Below, piece by piece: positions 51,291 to 62,816 of a stretch of DNA of 64,000 nucleotides; the stretch's first letter is position 1, and each line of letters opens with the position of its first letter. The notes under the pieces are model-generated. The model searched no databases, had not been told where the DNA came from, and worked only from the letters and a program-made list of their open reading frames with translations. The stretch is taken from NCBI RefSeq assembly GCF_006345805.1, contig NC_043024.1, positions 17,360,001 through 17,424,000 of the forward strand. The letters run 5' to 3'. Origin of the DNA: Octopus sinensis. Lineage: Eukaryota. A program made the translations under genes and the position numbers.

Positions 51291-52434
51291 TATTATTGAT
51301 CTTATTTTAGTTTCAGAATAGCAACAGAATATTTAGCGATTGGAGAACTCAATACTGGGGATGAGTCAGATTTGCTGTAAAATTACTGTTGGTTAATTTA
51401 AAGTTTTTCCTGATCGTTTATTCAGTATGACTGGTTGAATAATAATAGACCTCAGAAAGCTGAACCTTTCAGGTGAGAATACAAAGTACGAGATACCTGG
51501 TGCCTAGCCATACTCAAGAAGACTTGTACCCCATGATAGATGTGTTAAGACTGATCCTGCTGGTGGTGTAAAGCATTCTTGGCAGTGCCACTTAAGAGCA
51601 CCCATGCAGTATCATATAAAAGCACCTGTGAGGTGCTATATAAAAGCACCCATGTGGCACCACGTAAAAGCACTTATGAGGTGCCATGTAAAAGCACCCA
51701 GCACACTCTGGAAGTGGTTTGTGTGAAGAAGGGCATCCAGCCGTAGAAACCATGCCAAATCAGTGGTGCGGTCTTCTGACTTGCCAGCTCCTGTCAAACC
51801 AGCCAACCCATGCCAGCATGGAAAATAGACACTAGGTGGTGGTGGTGGTGGTTGTTGTTGTTGTTTCTTCTCATTCTTCTTCTTCTTCATCATCCTAAAA
51901 ATATAAAACAGCTAGATTGAGCCTGTACTGTTTACCATATTATGACTCATAAACATTTTATTGGATAAACTAAGTACATGATTGATATAGATACAATCAA
52001 TTGAAAGACCCCTTTCCAGGTTATACCCCGGATGGCCACAAACCAGTGACTAAAACTGATAATGAAATTAGCTAAACATAAATTAGCAAAATGTGGTCTA
52101 TAAGTTAGTCCCACTAGAATTCAGTCTTTTAACGGTAAAATATAGTAAACTATAATTTAGATTGTATGTCACCCCTCAAACAATTTACTATGGTAATTTT
52201 ACCAAAACTTCAATCAAGTTGGTTTTAGAATTCATATATTTAAAAAATTTATTTCTGTTTCTTTTATTAATTATTGTTTACAAATTATTCAAAACAAAAA
52301 AACAAAACCTCGCAAGTTTCTTTCATCATTTTTTAAAGTTTCTCCTCGTGAGATGATATTTTATGTAAAATATTGCAAAGCCATAATTTTCACCTCTTTC
52401 ATCTTTAACTATTTTGTATTGATTATTATAAGTG

Positions 52435-52755
52435 TGGGCATTGCAGTGTGGTAAGAAGCTTCCTTCACAACCACATGGTTCTGGGTTCAGTCCCACTATG
52501 TCGCACCTTGGGCAAGTGTCTTCTACTACAGCCTCGGACCAACCAAAGCCTTATGAGTGGATTGGGTAGATGGAAACTGAAAGAAACCTGTCGTATATGT
52601 GTGTGTGTCTCTGTTTGTCCCACCACCATAGATTGAAAACCGATATGGGTGTGTTTATGTCCCCTATAACTTAGCAGTTTGGCAAAAGAGACTGATAGAA
52701 TATGTACAGGCTTAAAATTAAGTACTGGGGTTGATTCATTTGACTAAAAATTCAA
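52435..52755 (+). mobile_element. SINE family B
   Basis: gggttcagtcccact..gcaccttgggcaagtgtcttctact. Confidence 0.85.
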
Positions 52756-52779
52756 GATGCATTATGTTTGAGAACAAAA

Positions 52780-53123
52780 TTTTAATTTAAGGTAAACAAA
52801 AATATTTATTAGAAAACCAATGCATCTTTATAGAATTTGGAGCATGAGTTTCATAAGCCTTTTCCAAATCCTCAATGATCTGTGTTCCTTTCCATTTGAG
52901 TTTTACCAAAAATTTGATATTCGACCTTATCTCAAAATATTTGTTTATCATGGTTGAAAAAGTAGCTTCTCTTTTAGAGGGTCTGAACAATACAGAGGCT
53001 TGCATGAAACTGATTGCAGGTAACTAAAAGCAAGGTAAACACCCAGTGAAGTGTTCTGACATGTTTTAACTTGATAATTTTATTGCTATTAAAAGATTCC
53101 GCAAACTTTTTGATCCACCCTCG
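52780..53123 (-). mobile_element. Mariner 5' remnant
   Basis: TIR TA|CGAGGGTGGATCAAAAAGTT at 53123; FEIRSNIKFLVKLKWKGTQIIEDLEKAY HTH start. Confidence 0.8.
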
Positions 53124-54048
53124 TATGTGTGTGTATGCATGTTTTGTGTGTATGCATGAGTGTGTGCGTGCATGTATGCGCATATGTATGTGTATATGCA
53201 TGTGTGTGTGTGTATGATGTAAGTGAAGACAAGAGAGGTAAACAGCAGTCAGTACCAAAAGGAATATGTTATTTATGAATTGTAGTCTGACGATTGGAAA
53301 TATGAAATTCTAATAACCAGGTGTGAGATGTCACCTGTTGCAATCACATATCCAGCAGGTTGGTGGGTGGGGCAGGTTTATGTCTTTTGCTGATTTAAAT
53401 CTTCAAAGAATGTAAACATGGCTGAATAAAATGCAAGATAAATAAAAAAAGAAACCAAATGGCTGTTTACAACAGACAATGTTTTCCAGTTCCAAATTAC
53501 ACCGAAGCACAGTTGCCACCTTTACTGTTGGAAATTCACTGAACCAAAGATTATTTTGTTGTAAACCATTCAATCATTGGCACTGTTTTTAACCATTTCT
53601 AATATATAATAAATACAATAAATAAAAAGATCAATAAATTATACTTTCCCGGTGATTGATTTTCCTATTATCATACAAGTGGTTGCCATTCCGTTTTCTA
53701 AAATTAGATTGTATAAATAGTTTCTCTACCACGATTCTATTGTATTTATTTACATAATTTTGAAAATAAATGGATTAACAGCAACAATGATAGAAAAAAA
53801 AAACTAAATTTAATTGTGTTGCATAAATAATTCAGATAAATTCACAGATCAATTAATAATTCAAGTAAATTTACAAAGTGCGTTCTAATTAATAACGACA
53901 AATTCCGTAAATTTTACAATTAATTCTGTCCAACTGAAGGAATGATATAACAACACAATTAGCAATCAATAATATGTGTATAAATATATAGATATATAAA
54001 GTAGATATATATGTGTGTGTGTATATGTATGCATTTATTTCTATGTTG

Positions 54049-54079
<31 letters not shown>

Positions 54080-54372
54080 TATATACACATATGTACATAC
54101 ATACATGCACACACATACACATGCACATATACATACAGTAATAGAGTAGTGTGATGCCAAAACATCTTGGTACAAGCAACTAGTTAGCATGAAGTGTATA
54201 TACAACTTGCATAGATGACAAATAGCAGATGATACTTGATCAACAAAGTTTGTTAACCAACTTGTTATACATCTCCTCCCTTACTGAATTTGATGAGGTT
54301 TTCATAAGGTGGCTGCAATTATGCAACTCGTGATTTAGCGACAAAGATTGGTAATTATGTGACTATGAATTG

Positions 54373-54569
54373 TATAGGGAATGGAGAACGTAATCCATGC
54401 AACATATGTTTCTGAGAAAAACTAAATATGTGTTATGTAACTTAAAGATGTAACATGAATTCAGAAATGTCAAGCTGAACTTATATGTTATAACTTTAAG
54501 TTATATAAAACATGTTCAACTTACCTTGGAAACATATGTAGTATGGTGTTACCTCCTCCATTCCCTACA
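54373..54569. mobile_element. ~200-bp MITE-like inverted repeat element
   Basis: tagggaatggag...catatgtttc (left) versus gaaacatatg...ctccattcccta (right). Confidence 0.7.
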
Positions 54570-54623
54570 CCTAACAATATATATATATATATATATGTAT
54601 GTATATATATATATATATATATA

Positions 54624-55063
54624 CAGGTCGTTGTCAACTTACAAGCTATCCAACTTATGACTGGTCAACTTTATGGCAATTGGCGTGCTAGCTCCTAGCA
54701 GCAAAAATAAATAGTCCAGTTAAAATCTAATGGGTTTAATTTCTTAGAAATTAACCTGTCTATGGATGATGTCAGCTAACAGATGCTTCCCCTAGGTTTG
54801 GTTTTTGATCACCACTGTGTTGGATGACAATCCTGTCACGGAGACACTGAGGCAACCTAATATTTGTTTATAAGGCTGCTTGAGACTCTAAAATTTTTGA
54901 CTAATGCCAGTATAATAGTATAATACAGAGTGCTGCATGTGACTTTTACCTGAGAGGGTACCTTAACAATGTAAAAAATATAACACAAAGCTATGTAGGC
55001 CTTTAGGCTGACTTATGACCAGTCAGTTGGAACCAATTGTGGTAGTAAGTCAACAACAACCTG
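54624..55063. mobile_element. Tigger/pogo-type MITE, TA-flanked
   Basis: TA|CAGGTCGTTGTCAACTTAC ... GTAAGTCAACAACAACCTG|TA. Confidence 0.8.
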
Positions 55064-55157
55064 TATATATATATATATGTACTAGCAGAATTGCCCGGCG
55101 TTGCTCGGGGTTGAATTGCTTGAAAGTACTGTTAATGATTGCACTGAATTATGATGA

Positions 55158-55703
55158 TTATTCAGGCAAATATTGATATAAGTTTACGGTGGGAGATAAG
55201 GACTTAACGATCAAACGTGTGCCATTGCATTGTTTTGGGGGAACCAAATTTCTGATGAGCATTATAGGGGCACCAACTTTAAGTTTGAGAAAGTGTGGTG
55301 GTAGTCCGGGGTACTCAAAGGAATTGAGTACCTCTATTGGATAGTTGATGACGTCCTCTGGGTCAGGAGTTGTATTGATAGACTGATATACATAGACTTC
55401 CCCAGGAATGAGTTTTAGCATTTCATCATTAATATGGTGAACAGTTTTATTCCTCGGGGCGAGTATAGCCTTTTTGCCAATCCAATCCATATTCTGATAA
55501 TTAGCTTGTAGATCTTGGAACACTGCATCTCTGAGATCAGAAGGCGTCTTAACAATGGTCAAATGGAGTCGATGGCAATATTACCATTTTCATCCCCTGA
55601 TATTTTGCCTTCGCCAAGTGCAAGGAGAGTGTGAGGAAATGCTGGTGATGTGATATTACGTCGCATATGAGCACGCATATTGGTGTGAAGTTTGAGAGTT
55701 ACT
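55158..55703 (-). pseudogene. PIF1-family helicase fragment of Helitron Rep-Hel
   Basis: LKLHTNMRAH...LLALGEGK, then KAILAPRNKTVHHIN...YPIEVLNSFEYPGLPPHFLKLKVGAPIMLIRNLVPPKQCNGTRLIVK. One frameshift; truncated at both ends. Confidence 0.9.
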
Positions 55704-55928
55704 TCCGTTTATTTTTAAAAATATGCATTAAAATGGAAAAAAATGATGGTAAATTATTTGTAAAATCATAGACTCATCGTAGACGCGCGCTAATACCCAG
55801 AAGGGCTCGATATGAATCACAACTATAAGATACCCGGTTTTGGTTAAACTGCATCGCAAAATGTGGGAGTAGTTAGGAATCTAAATCGGAGTAGACAGAC
55901 ACACAACCTTTCTTTTATATATAAATAT

Positions 55929-56610
55929 TTTCGTCCTAAAAAACTTTGTATGGATTGAATGGTTACCTCTATGGAAATATATACACGCACATTATACATA
56001 CATGTGTGTATAGATGAATATATAAATACATTGAAATATCTATATACACTTTTGGGCGATCTTTCTGTTTGTTAGAGATAACTTTAGATCTTATTTTCGT
56101 CCTAAAAAACTTTGTATGGAGTGAATGGTTACCTCTATGGAAATATATACACACACGTTATACATACATGCGTGCATAGATGAATATATAAATACATTTA
56201 TATATCTATATACACTTTTGGGCGATCTTTGTGCTACTTAGAGATAACTTTAGATCTTATTTTCGTCCTAAAAAACTTTGTGCGGAGTGAATGGTTACGT
56301 CTATGGAAATATATACACACGCACATTATACATACATCTGTGTATAGATGAATATATAAATACATTTAAATATCTATATACACTTTTGGGCGATCTTTCT
56401 GCTACTTGTATATACTTTAGATCTTATATTGTCCTAAAAAACTTTGTATGGAGTGAAACGTTACCTCTATGGAAATATATACACACACATACATACATCT
56501 GTGTATAGATGAATATATAAATACATTTAAATATCTATATACACTTTTGGGCGATCTTTCTGCTACTTGGATATACTTTAGGTCTTATATTCATCCTAAA
56601 AAGCTTTCCT
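55929..56610. repeat. 166-bp tandem array (4 units + partial) inside the Helitron
   Basis: Unit starts at 55929, 56095, 56261, 56427 and ~56589 (tttcgtcctaaaaaactttg...). Confidence 0.9.
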
Positions 56611-56620
56611 GTCACACACT

Positions 56621-56655
<35 letters not shown>

Positions 56656-57369
56656 CCTCACACACACACACACACGCACACACACACACACACACGCACA
56701 CACACACACACTCACACACACGCACACACACACACACGTTAGCTTACAATTTTATTTATATATTTGCATTTCTATGTGTGTAAAGAGGAAGTGGGAATGC
56801 AGAGTGAAAGAGTCGCTCACTACAAAAAGTGAATTACTTTCACTTTAATCGTTGCACACTGTGCGTGTGCTGTAGCCCACACTAAGAAAAGCATTTGACT
56901 TATACACCAGAATGTGAGTTTTCTCTAAATTTTGCTTAATTGGGGTTGAAATTTTAAAAACTAGACCTGGCACGACCCGATGCATTCTACTCTTAAAAAT
57001 GCTAGGTAAATTGTAATTGAAGAAATCCTATATTGTAGATTTCTATAAGAGATAAAATCTGCCTTTTATAATAAGAGATATATAAATTAGAGAAGAACCA
57101 CCTTTTATCAATTCAACAATGAAATAACAATGATATAATTAAATTATACCATATAGAAAAAAATTAAATATGCAATAAAACATATACCAATAATTAAGTA
57201 AAGTACAAAATAATAAATAAAAGGTATATAATTGGTAATATATAGATGTATATATATAATTAAGATTCAGTTGAATTAGGCATTTAAATTGAGGCACCAA
57301 CCCAGTTCATTGTAGTCCACACAGCTCAAAATGTAAATAAGTTACATGGATGTCCAGGTCTCAATGCAT

Positions 57370-57573
57370 TATGGCCATTTCAAACGGCTCCATTTAATCA
57401 ATCAATGAAAAATTTACATCAATTTGAAAGAAACTGCTCTCCTCAGACGTAGATGACCATCTCCTTTAAGTTGCAAATCTATATGGTCATCTACGTCTGA
57501 AGAGAGCAGTTTCTTTTAAATTGATGTAATTTTTACATTGATCAATTAAATGGAGCCGCTCAAAATGGCCGTA
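57370..57573. ncRNA. ~89-bp-arm hairpin whose arms are divergent degenerate hammerheads
   Basis: Arms 57371-57460 and 57483-57572. Plus arm: CTGAAGA-GAGC...GCTC-AAAA-T-GGCC-GTA. Minus arm: CTGAGGA-GAGC...GTTT-GAAA-T-GGCC-ATA. Confidence 0.6.
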
Positions 57574-58209
57574 AGGTTGTTACTTGTTTATATCATATAT
57601 ATATATATATATATGTGTGTGTGTATGTATTTTTTTTATATATACATGTATATATATATATATATATATAGATAGATAGACAGACAGACACATTGATAGA
57701 TAGACAGACAGACAGATTAAACAGTAAAATTACTAATGTATGCATGCAGATGTGTGGTCCTGTGGTTTGGGTGTTGACCCTACAATAATATAGTTGAGAG
57801 TTCAGTTCCTAGATAGGGCATCATGTCCTTGAGCAGGGTTCTTCACTTCTTGTTTCTGCAGTCTACTCACATATGAATGTGTACCAGCCTAGTGTTTGTA
57901 CATCCCTAGCTCTTTCTTTGTCTTTTAGCTGTCACATTTTCGATGTTCAGTTGGGTGAAGGCTGAGAAGGCTGAGAGGGTGTCTGTGTCTTCTCAGGACC
58001 CTCGCAGTCCCCTAAAATAAATTGTGAAAATATGGTACAGTCTACCTCAGCTGATTCGCATGTGAATGATGTTCCAGCTATGATCATCAAGTCTTTTCTT
58101 CATGGAGACTTAGCTGCTATTTCTAATAACTGAACTGACCATGTAGACAGAGCCTTTGGTTCTGTCTAGTTATATCACAGGAGAAGGGACTGCTGCTGCT
58201 GCTGCTGCT

Positions 58210-58400
58210 GTTGTTGTTAAGTCAAGGTCAGCTCTGACTGAACTGCCTTATGATCAAAGGCAATCCAGGCTTGACCATCCCATCTATTTTTCTACTAAGA
58301 TGAAACCCAGAGCTTCATTATGCAATGTGTCTCTTCCTAAGAAGATAGGGTATGATTTGAGGGGTATTTGGTTGCTATTTTCAGCAGACTGTCTGAATAG
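58210..58400 (+). mobile_element. Degenerate interspersed repeat, family E (also 39650-39800, 59190-59345, 63665-63960)
   Basis: Shared motifs tatgat.aaagg.a.tccag.c.tgacc and gaga(t)ttggctgcta(t)ttc(t)ag. Confidence 0.55.
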
Positions 58401-60030
58401 ATGACAGATTTAGAGACAAACAGACAGACAGACACTGAAATAAAGAGAGAGAGAGAGAAGACTGTTGAGTGCATTTACAATAGAGGTGTGTGCAACTGCA
58501 GGTATTTTATGCATCTGGAGGAGATAGGAGAGGAAGGGGAGAATAATAAAGTGGTGTAAGAGGGGGAAAGAGAAAGACGAGGTGGGAGAGAGAGAAATGT
58601 GTAGGAGAGAAGGAGGAGAGCAGAAAGACAGAGAGGAAAGGGAAGGAGGTAGAGAGAGAGAGGAGAGAATTCAGCAGTTCAAAATGGTAAAATGACTGAA
58701 TTGAATTTCCTGAGTAGGGTTGCTGCGTGGGTGGATTTGTGGGTAGCAACCTGAGGTGTGATGGCGGTGGTGGATGGGGGAAAATGTACTGATTTAAACT
58801 TTAATACCCACAACTCACTCCCCCCATCATTTCTCCCTCCCACCCCACGTCTTTCCACTTCCCCCTCCTCCTCCTTCTCTTCCCCCCCACCATCCCCTTT
58901 GCGGATCAGTTGTCGATCGTCGAAGAAAAAATCGAAGTAGAAGCGGCATCTGTGGTGGATGCATTTTGTGGATTAATGGAAAGGCTGATGACTGTCTTTA
59001 GAGAACTGGGGTGGATATTGGAGATGGTATGCATACAGGGTAGATGGTTATGAGGAGGGTGGAGAGTAAAGTGGAAGGATGGAGGCAGAGGGATTAAGAA
59101 TTGTTGAGAAGTTAGTGCAGGTGATAGTGGTGGTGGTGGTGGTGGCGGCAGTGGTTCTTGCTACCTAGTCTCAGATTAGCCTTACTCAGACACATGCTCA
59201 AAGTCAACCCAAATATGACCTTCCTGTCATCGTCCTCAGTGCAGGTAGCCCAGGACTGCATTATTCAATGTGACTTCTCTTTAAGACTATAGGATGTGAT
59301 TCAAGGAAGATTCAGCTGCTGTTTCTCGTATGTCAAGTGACTTCTACAACAATGACCACCACTTTTACAACCATCACATTAACCACTCCTACTACCACTT
59401 CCACTACAACATCCTCATTCAACCAAATACTAACAGTAAATGCTTGAATAGTGATAAGTGAATGAATATTTAAGAAGAAGAACATAAGTTTTGTTGTGTG
59501 TTGGGAGGGTCATCATGCCAATAATAACACATTCACAGGTTCAATTCCATTTTTTGTCAATTGGTTACATATTGAACCAACTAACTAATCAATCATTTGT
59601 TTAACACAGTGGTTTTTAACCTATTCCGCCTACCCCTGAGCCCCACTGTAAGTTTCCAGAAAAATGTATGCCCCATTGGTGATAAGAAAAAGATAACTTT
59701 ATTTTTAATGTATAATCACAATTATTTAATACAAAGGAACCTACTGCTGATTCTTTTATTAAATACTGAATACAAAAAAAGTACATTACAGTTGTATATT
59801 TAAGAGATGAGGAATTAAAAAGTACATTATTGTTTAAGGGGGAAAAAAGGTGAACCACTTTAATAAGAACCTTGTGCTTGGGGACAATGGCAGATTTCCT
59901 TGATTCGAGGAGACAATTTTGTTAGCTTCAGTCATAGCATTACAATAGTGCTATCCTGTAGCAGACGGGTCTTCACACAGTATGCTTGGCTGGAGGGATA
60001 GGTTTGGTTGGGTTGGGTAGAGGTGTAGTG

Positions 60031-60279
60031 CAGTGGTTCTCAACGCGAGTCCTTAGGGGTCCATATAAGATTCTGTTGTTAAAATTTATGTGAAATAAAC
60101 TGGTTTTACTTCTACAATACACAAAATATTTTAATTATTTTTTACGCAATTCTTAATGATATTTGATTATAAAAATACAATAAGATTTTTTAAATATCAA
60201 ATGGCAATGAGGGTCCACTCGAGTAAAATAGGTACCAGCGGGGTTTGAAAGCAGAAAAAAAAATGGTTGAGGACCACTG
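60031..60279. mobile_element. hAT-family MITE with intact 8-bp target-site duplication
   Basis: TIRs CAGTGGTTCTCAAC / GGTTGAGGACCACTG; GTGTAGTG at both 60023-60030 and 60280-60287. Confidence 0.92.
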
Positions 60280-60593
60280 GTGTAGTGTGTTTGCTGTGAC
60301 AAAAAGACTCTCACAAACACTGACAAAAAGAAAAATATTTGGATCCCACACCCTAGCACAATTTTCCTAAGCCCCATCAGTGGGGCATATACCCCCACCA
60401 GTGAGAATCACTGATTTAGACATGACATATTTTTAAAAATAGCTAAATATGAAATCATACCTCCCATCTTTTGCAATGAAGAGAAGGGCATGTCTTATTT
60501 ATTTTGCTTGTAATAAATAGAAGGGTTATGCCTTATTTACTATATTTGTATCTAAGGACTATTATAATCATTCAATTTTTTCCTTTACTTTAA

Positions 60594-60809
60594 CCCTTTT
60601 GTTACCAACCCGGCTGAAACCAGCTCAGGCTCTGAGTACAAATGTCTTGTTTTCATAAGTTTTGAATTAAAATCTTCCACCAAACCTTAGTCACAATTTA
60701 TGTTCCTAACACTAGCTTAATGATAAATTATTTTACTAAATTCTTTGTTATATTTAAAGTAATTGAAAGAAACACAGAACATCTCAAAATAAATACAGTA
60801 ACAAAAGGG
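60594..60809. mobile_element. piggyBac-type MITE with TTAA target duplication
   Basis: TTAA|CCCTTTTGTTAC ... GTAACAAAAGGG|TTAA. Confidence 0.92.
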
Positions 60810-61399
60810 TTAAGTGTGGGTTGAGTAAATTTTAACTGCTATTTCTTGTTGGTTGAAGAAGCCCTTAGAGGTTGTCCCTCTTATATTCAACTTGTACCTT
60901 TGTTTGTGCGCATGTGTTTGGGTCAGTGTGTGTGCACATACACATGTATATATGCATGCATGTGTGTGTGTGTGCATGTCCGAATGTATGCACACACAAG
61001 GAGACAGAGGTACACACATAAACACATGAATATGCAGAATACATACATACAAACATACATACGTGCATGCATGTATGCATGCAGACACATGCATGCAAAC
61101 ATACATACATACATATATACATACATATGTGTATGTGGACACACACTGACCCAAACACATGCACAAACAAGCAAAAACAATGCAGCTCGGATAATGGACA
61201 GAGTCAATGGCCATTGATAAGTTTGCAAGACACAACGAAAATTTTAGAAAAAAAAAAGTAAATGAGTGGAAACTTAACCTGTGAGTGTGTTAAATAATAA
61301 GGCACTAAAAGAGAATGACTCTCCCCAGACACAACAAAATATGCTTCAACACACAAACTCACATAAAGAATCTTGCAAACTAAATCCAAAAACAATATA

Positions 61400-61781
61400 G
61401 GCGCAGGAGTGGCTGTGTGGTAAGTAGCTCGCTTACCAACCACATGGTTCCAGGTTCAGTCCCACTGTGTGGCACCTTGCGCAAGTGTCTTCTACTATAG
61501 CTTCGGGCTGACCAAAGCCTTGTGAGTGGATTTGGTAGATGGAAACTGAAAGAAGCCCGTCGTATATATGTATATATGCATGAGTGTGTGTGTGTTTGTC
61601 CCCCAACATCGCTTGACAACGATGCTGGTGTATTTACATCCCCGTAACTTAGCAGTTCAGCAAAAGACACCAATAGAATTAGTACTAGGCTTACAAAGAA
61701 TAAGTCCTGGAGTTGATTTCTTCGACTGAAGGTGGTGCTCCAGCATGGCCACAGTGAAATAACTGAAACAAGTAAAAGAGT
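61400..61781 (+). mobile_element. Full-length young SINE family B
   Basis: ggcgcaggagtggctgtgtggtaagtagctcgc...gaaacaagtaaaagag; CpGs largely retained. Confidence 0.9.
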
Positions 61782-62499
61782 ATTATATATATGTAAGCAA
61801 AAATGCTAGTTCTAAAATTTCTCTGAGAGATCAGCACACAAGTCGTACTAACAAGCAATGCTCGTAGCCACTTCAACATAGCTGCCCATTTGAACAGACT
61901 TTGCTATGATTTTTTAACCCCAAGAGGACATCTCCTGTAGCTGCATCTGCAATATTGCAGGCAGGGGAGCAAACCCCCACCACCTTTTAGCAATGGGACT
62001 ATCAGACCAGCTTGGTTTTGGGCTATTTCTGCTTCCCTTCAATACTGGACACCTCATCTGCTAGAAATAGCAGTAGCTTGCCTTTGTTCTCAATATATAT
62101 AATTTCAAGTGACACACACAGTCTCTGAGATCAATGCAGTAGTTGTACTACCAAGTAATGTTTGTAGCCACTTCAGTATGGCTGGCCCCATCGCTAGAAA
62201 GGAGTTGGGGTCACTCCCTTGCTTACAATATCTCGGATACCGCTGTGCATCATTAACCAGCTTGAGATGTTCTCTTGGCGTTAAGAAATCGCAGTAAAGT
62301 CCATTTGAACAGACAGCCATTGTCGAAGTGGCTATGAATATTACTTATATATATATGTATGTATGCATGTATGTATATGTATGTATACACACATAGACAC
62401 ACACATACGCACACACATGCATAAAATCTCCTGCAAAGTTACAAAACTATCTGAAGGGCTTTGTTTTTTTTTTGCATTATATATATATCATTTGTTCAA

Positions 62500-62716
62500 T
62501 ATTATTTAGATAATAATTATATACATATTTATATCTATCTATTTATATATATATTTATATATATATATAAATTTATATATATATATAGATGTATATATAT
62601 ACATAAATATATATATAAATTTATATATATACATATATATATATATATAAATTTATATATATACATATATATATATATAAATTTATAGATATATAGATAT
62701 ATATATACATATATAA

Positions 62717-62752
<36 letters not shown>

Positions 62753-62762
62753 TTATATATAC

Positions 62763-62815
<53 letters not shown>
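62500..62815. repeat. (TA)n tract with recurring AAATTT palindromic cores
   Basis: Read directly from the sequence. Confidence 0.9.

Positions 62816-62816
<1 letters not shown>

Larger units (their letters stand above)
55082..57078 (-). mobile_element. Composite non-autonomous Helitron (~2 kb)
   Basis: 5' A|TCTCTTATTATAAAAGG at 57078; 3' hairpin CCCGAGCAACGCCGGG + CTAG|T at 55082. Contains a second internal 5'-like end near 55915. Confidence 0.7.
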
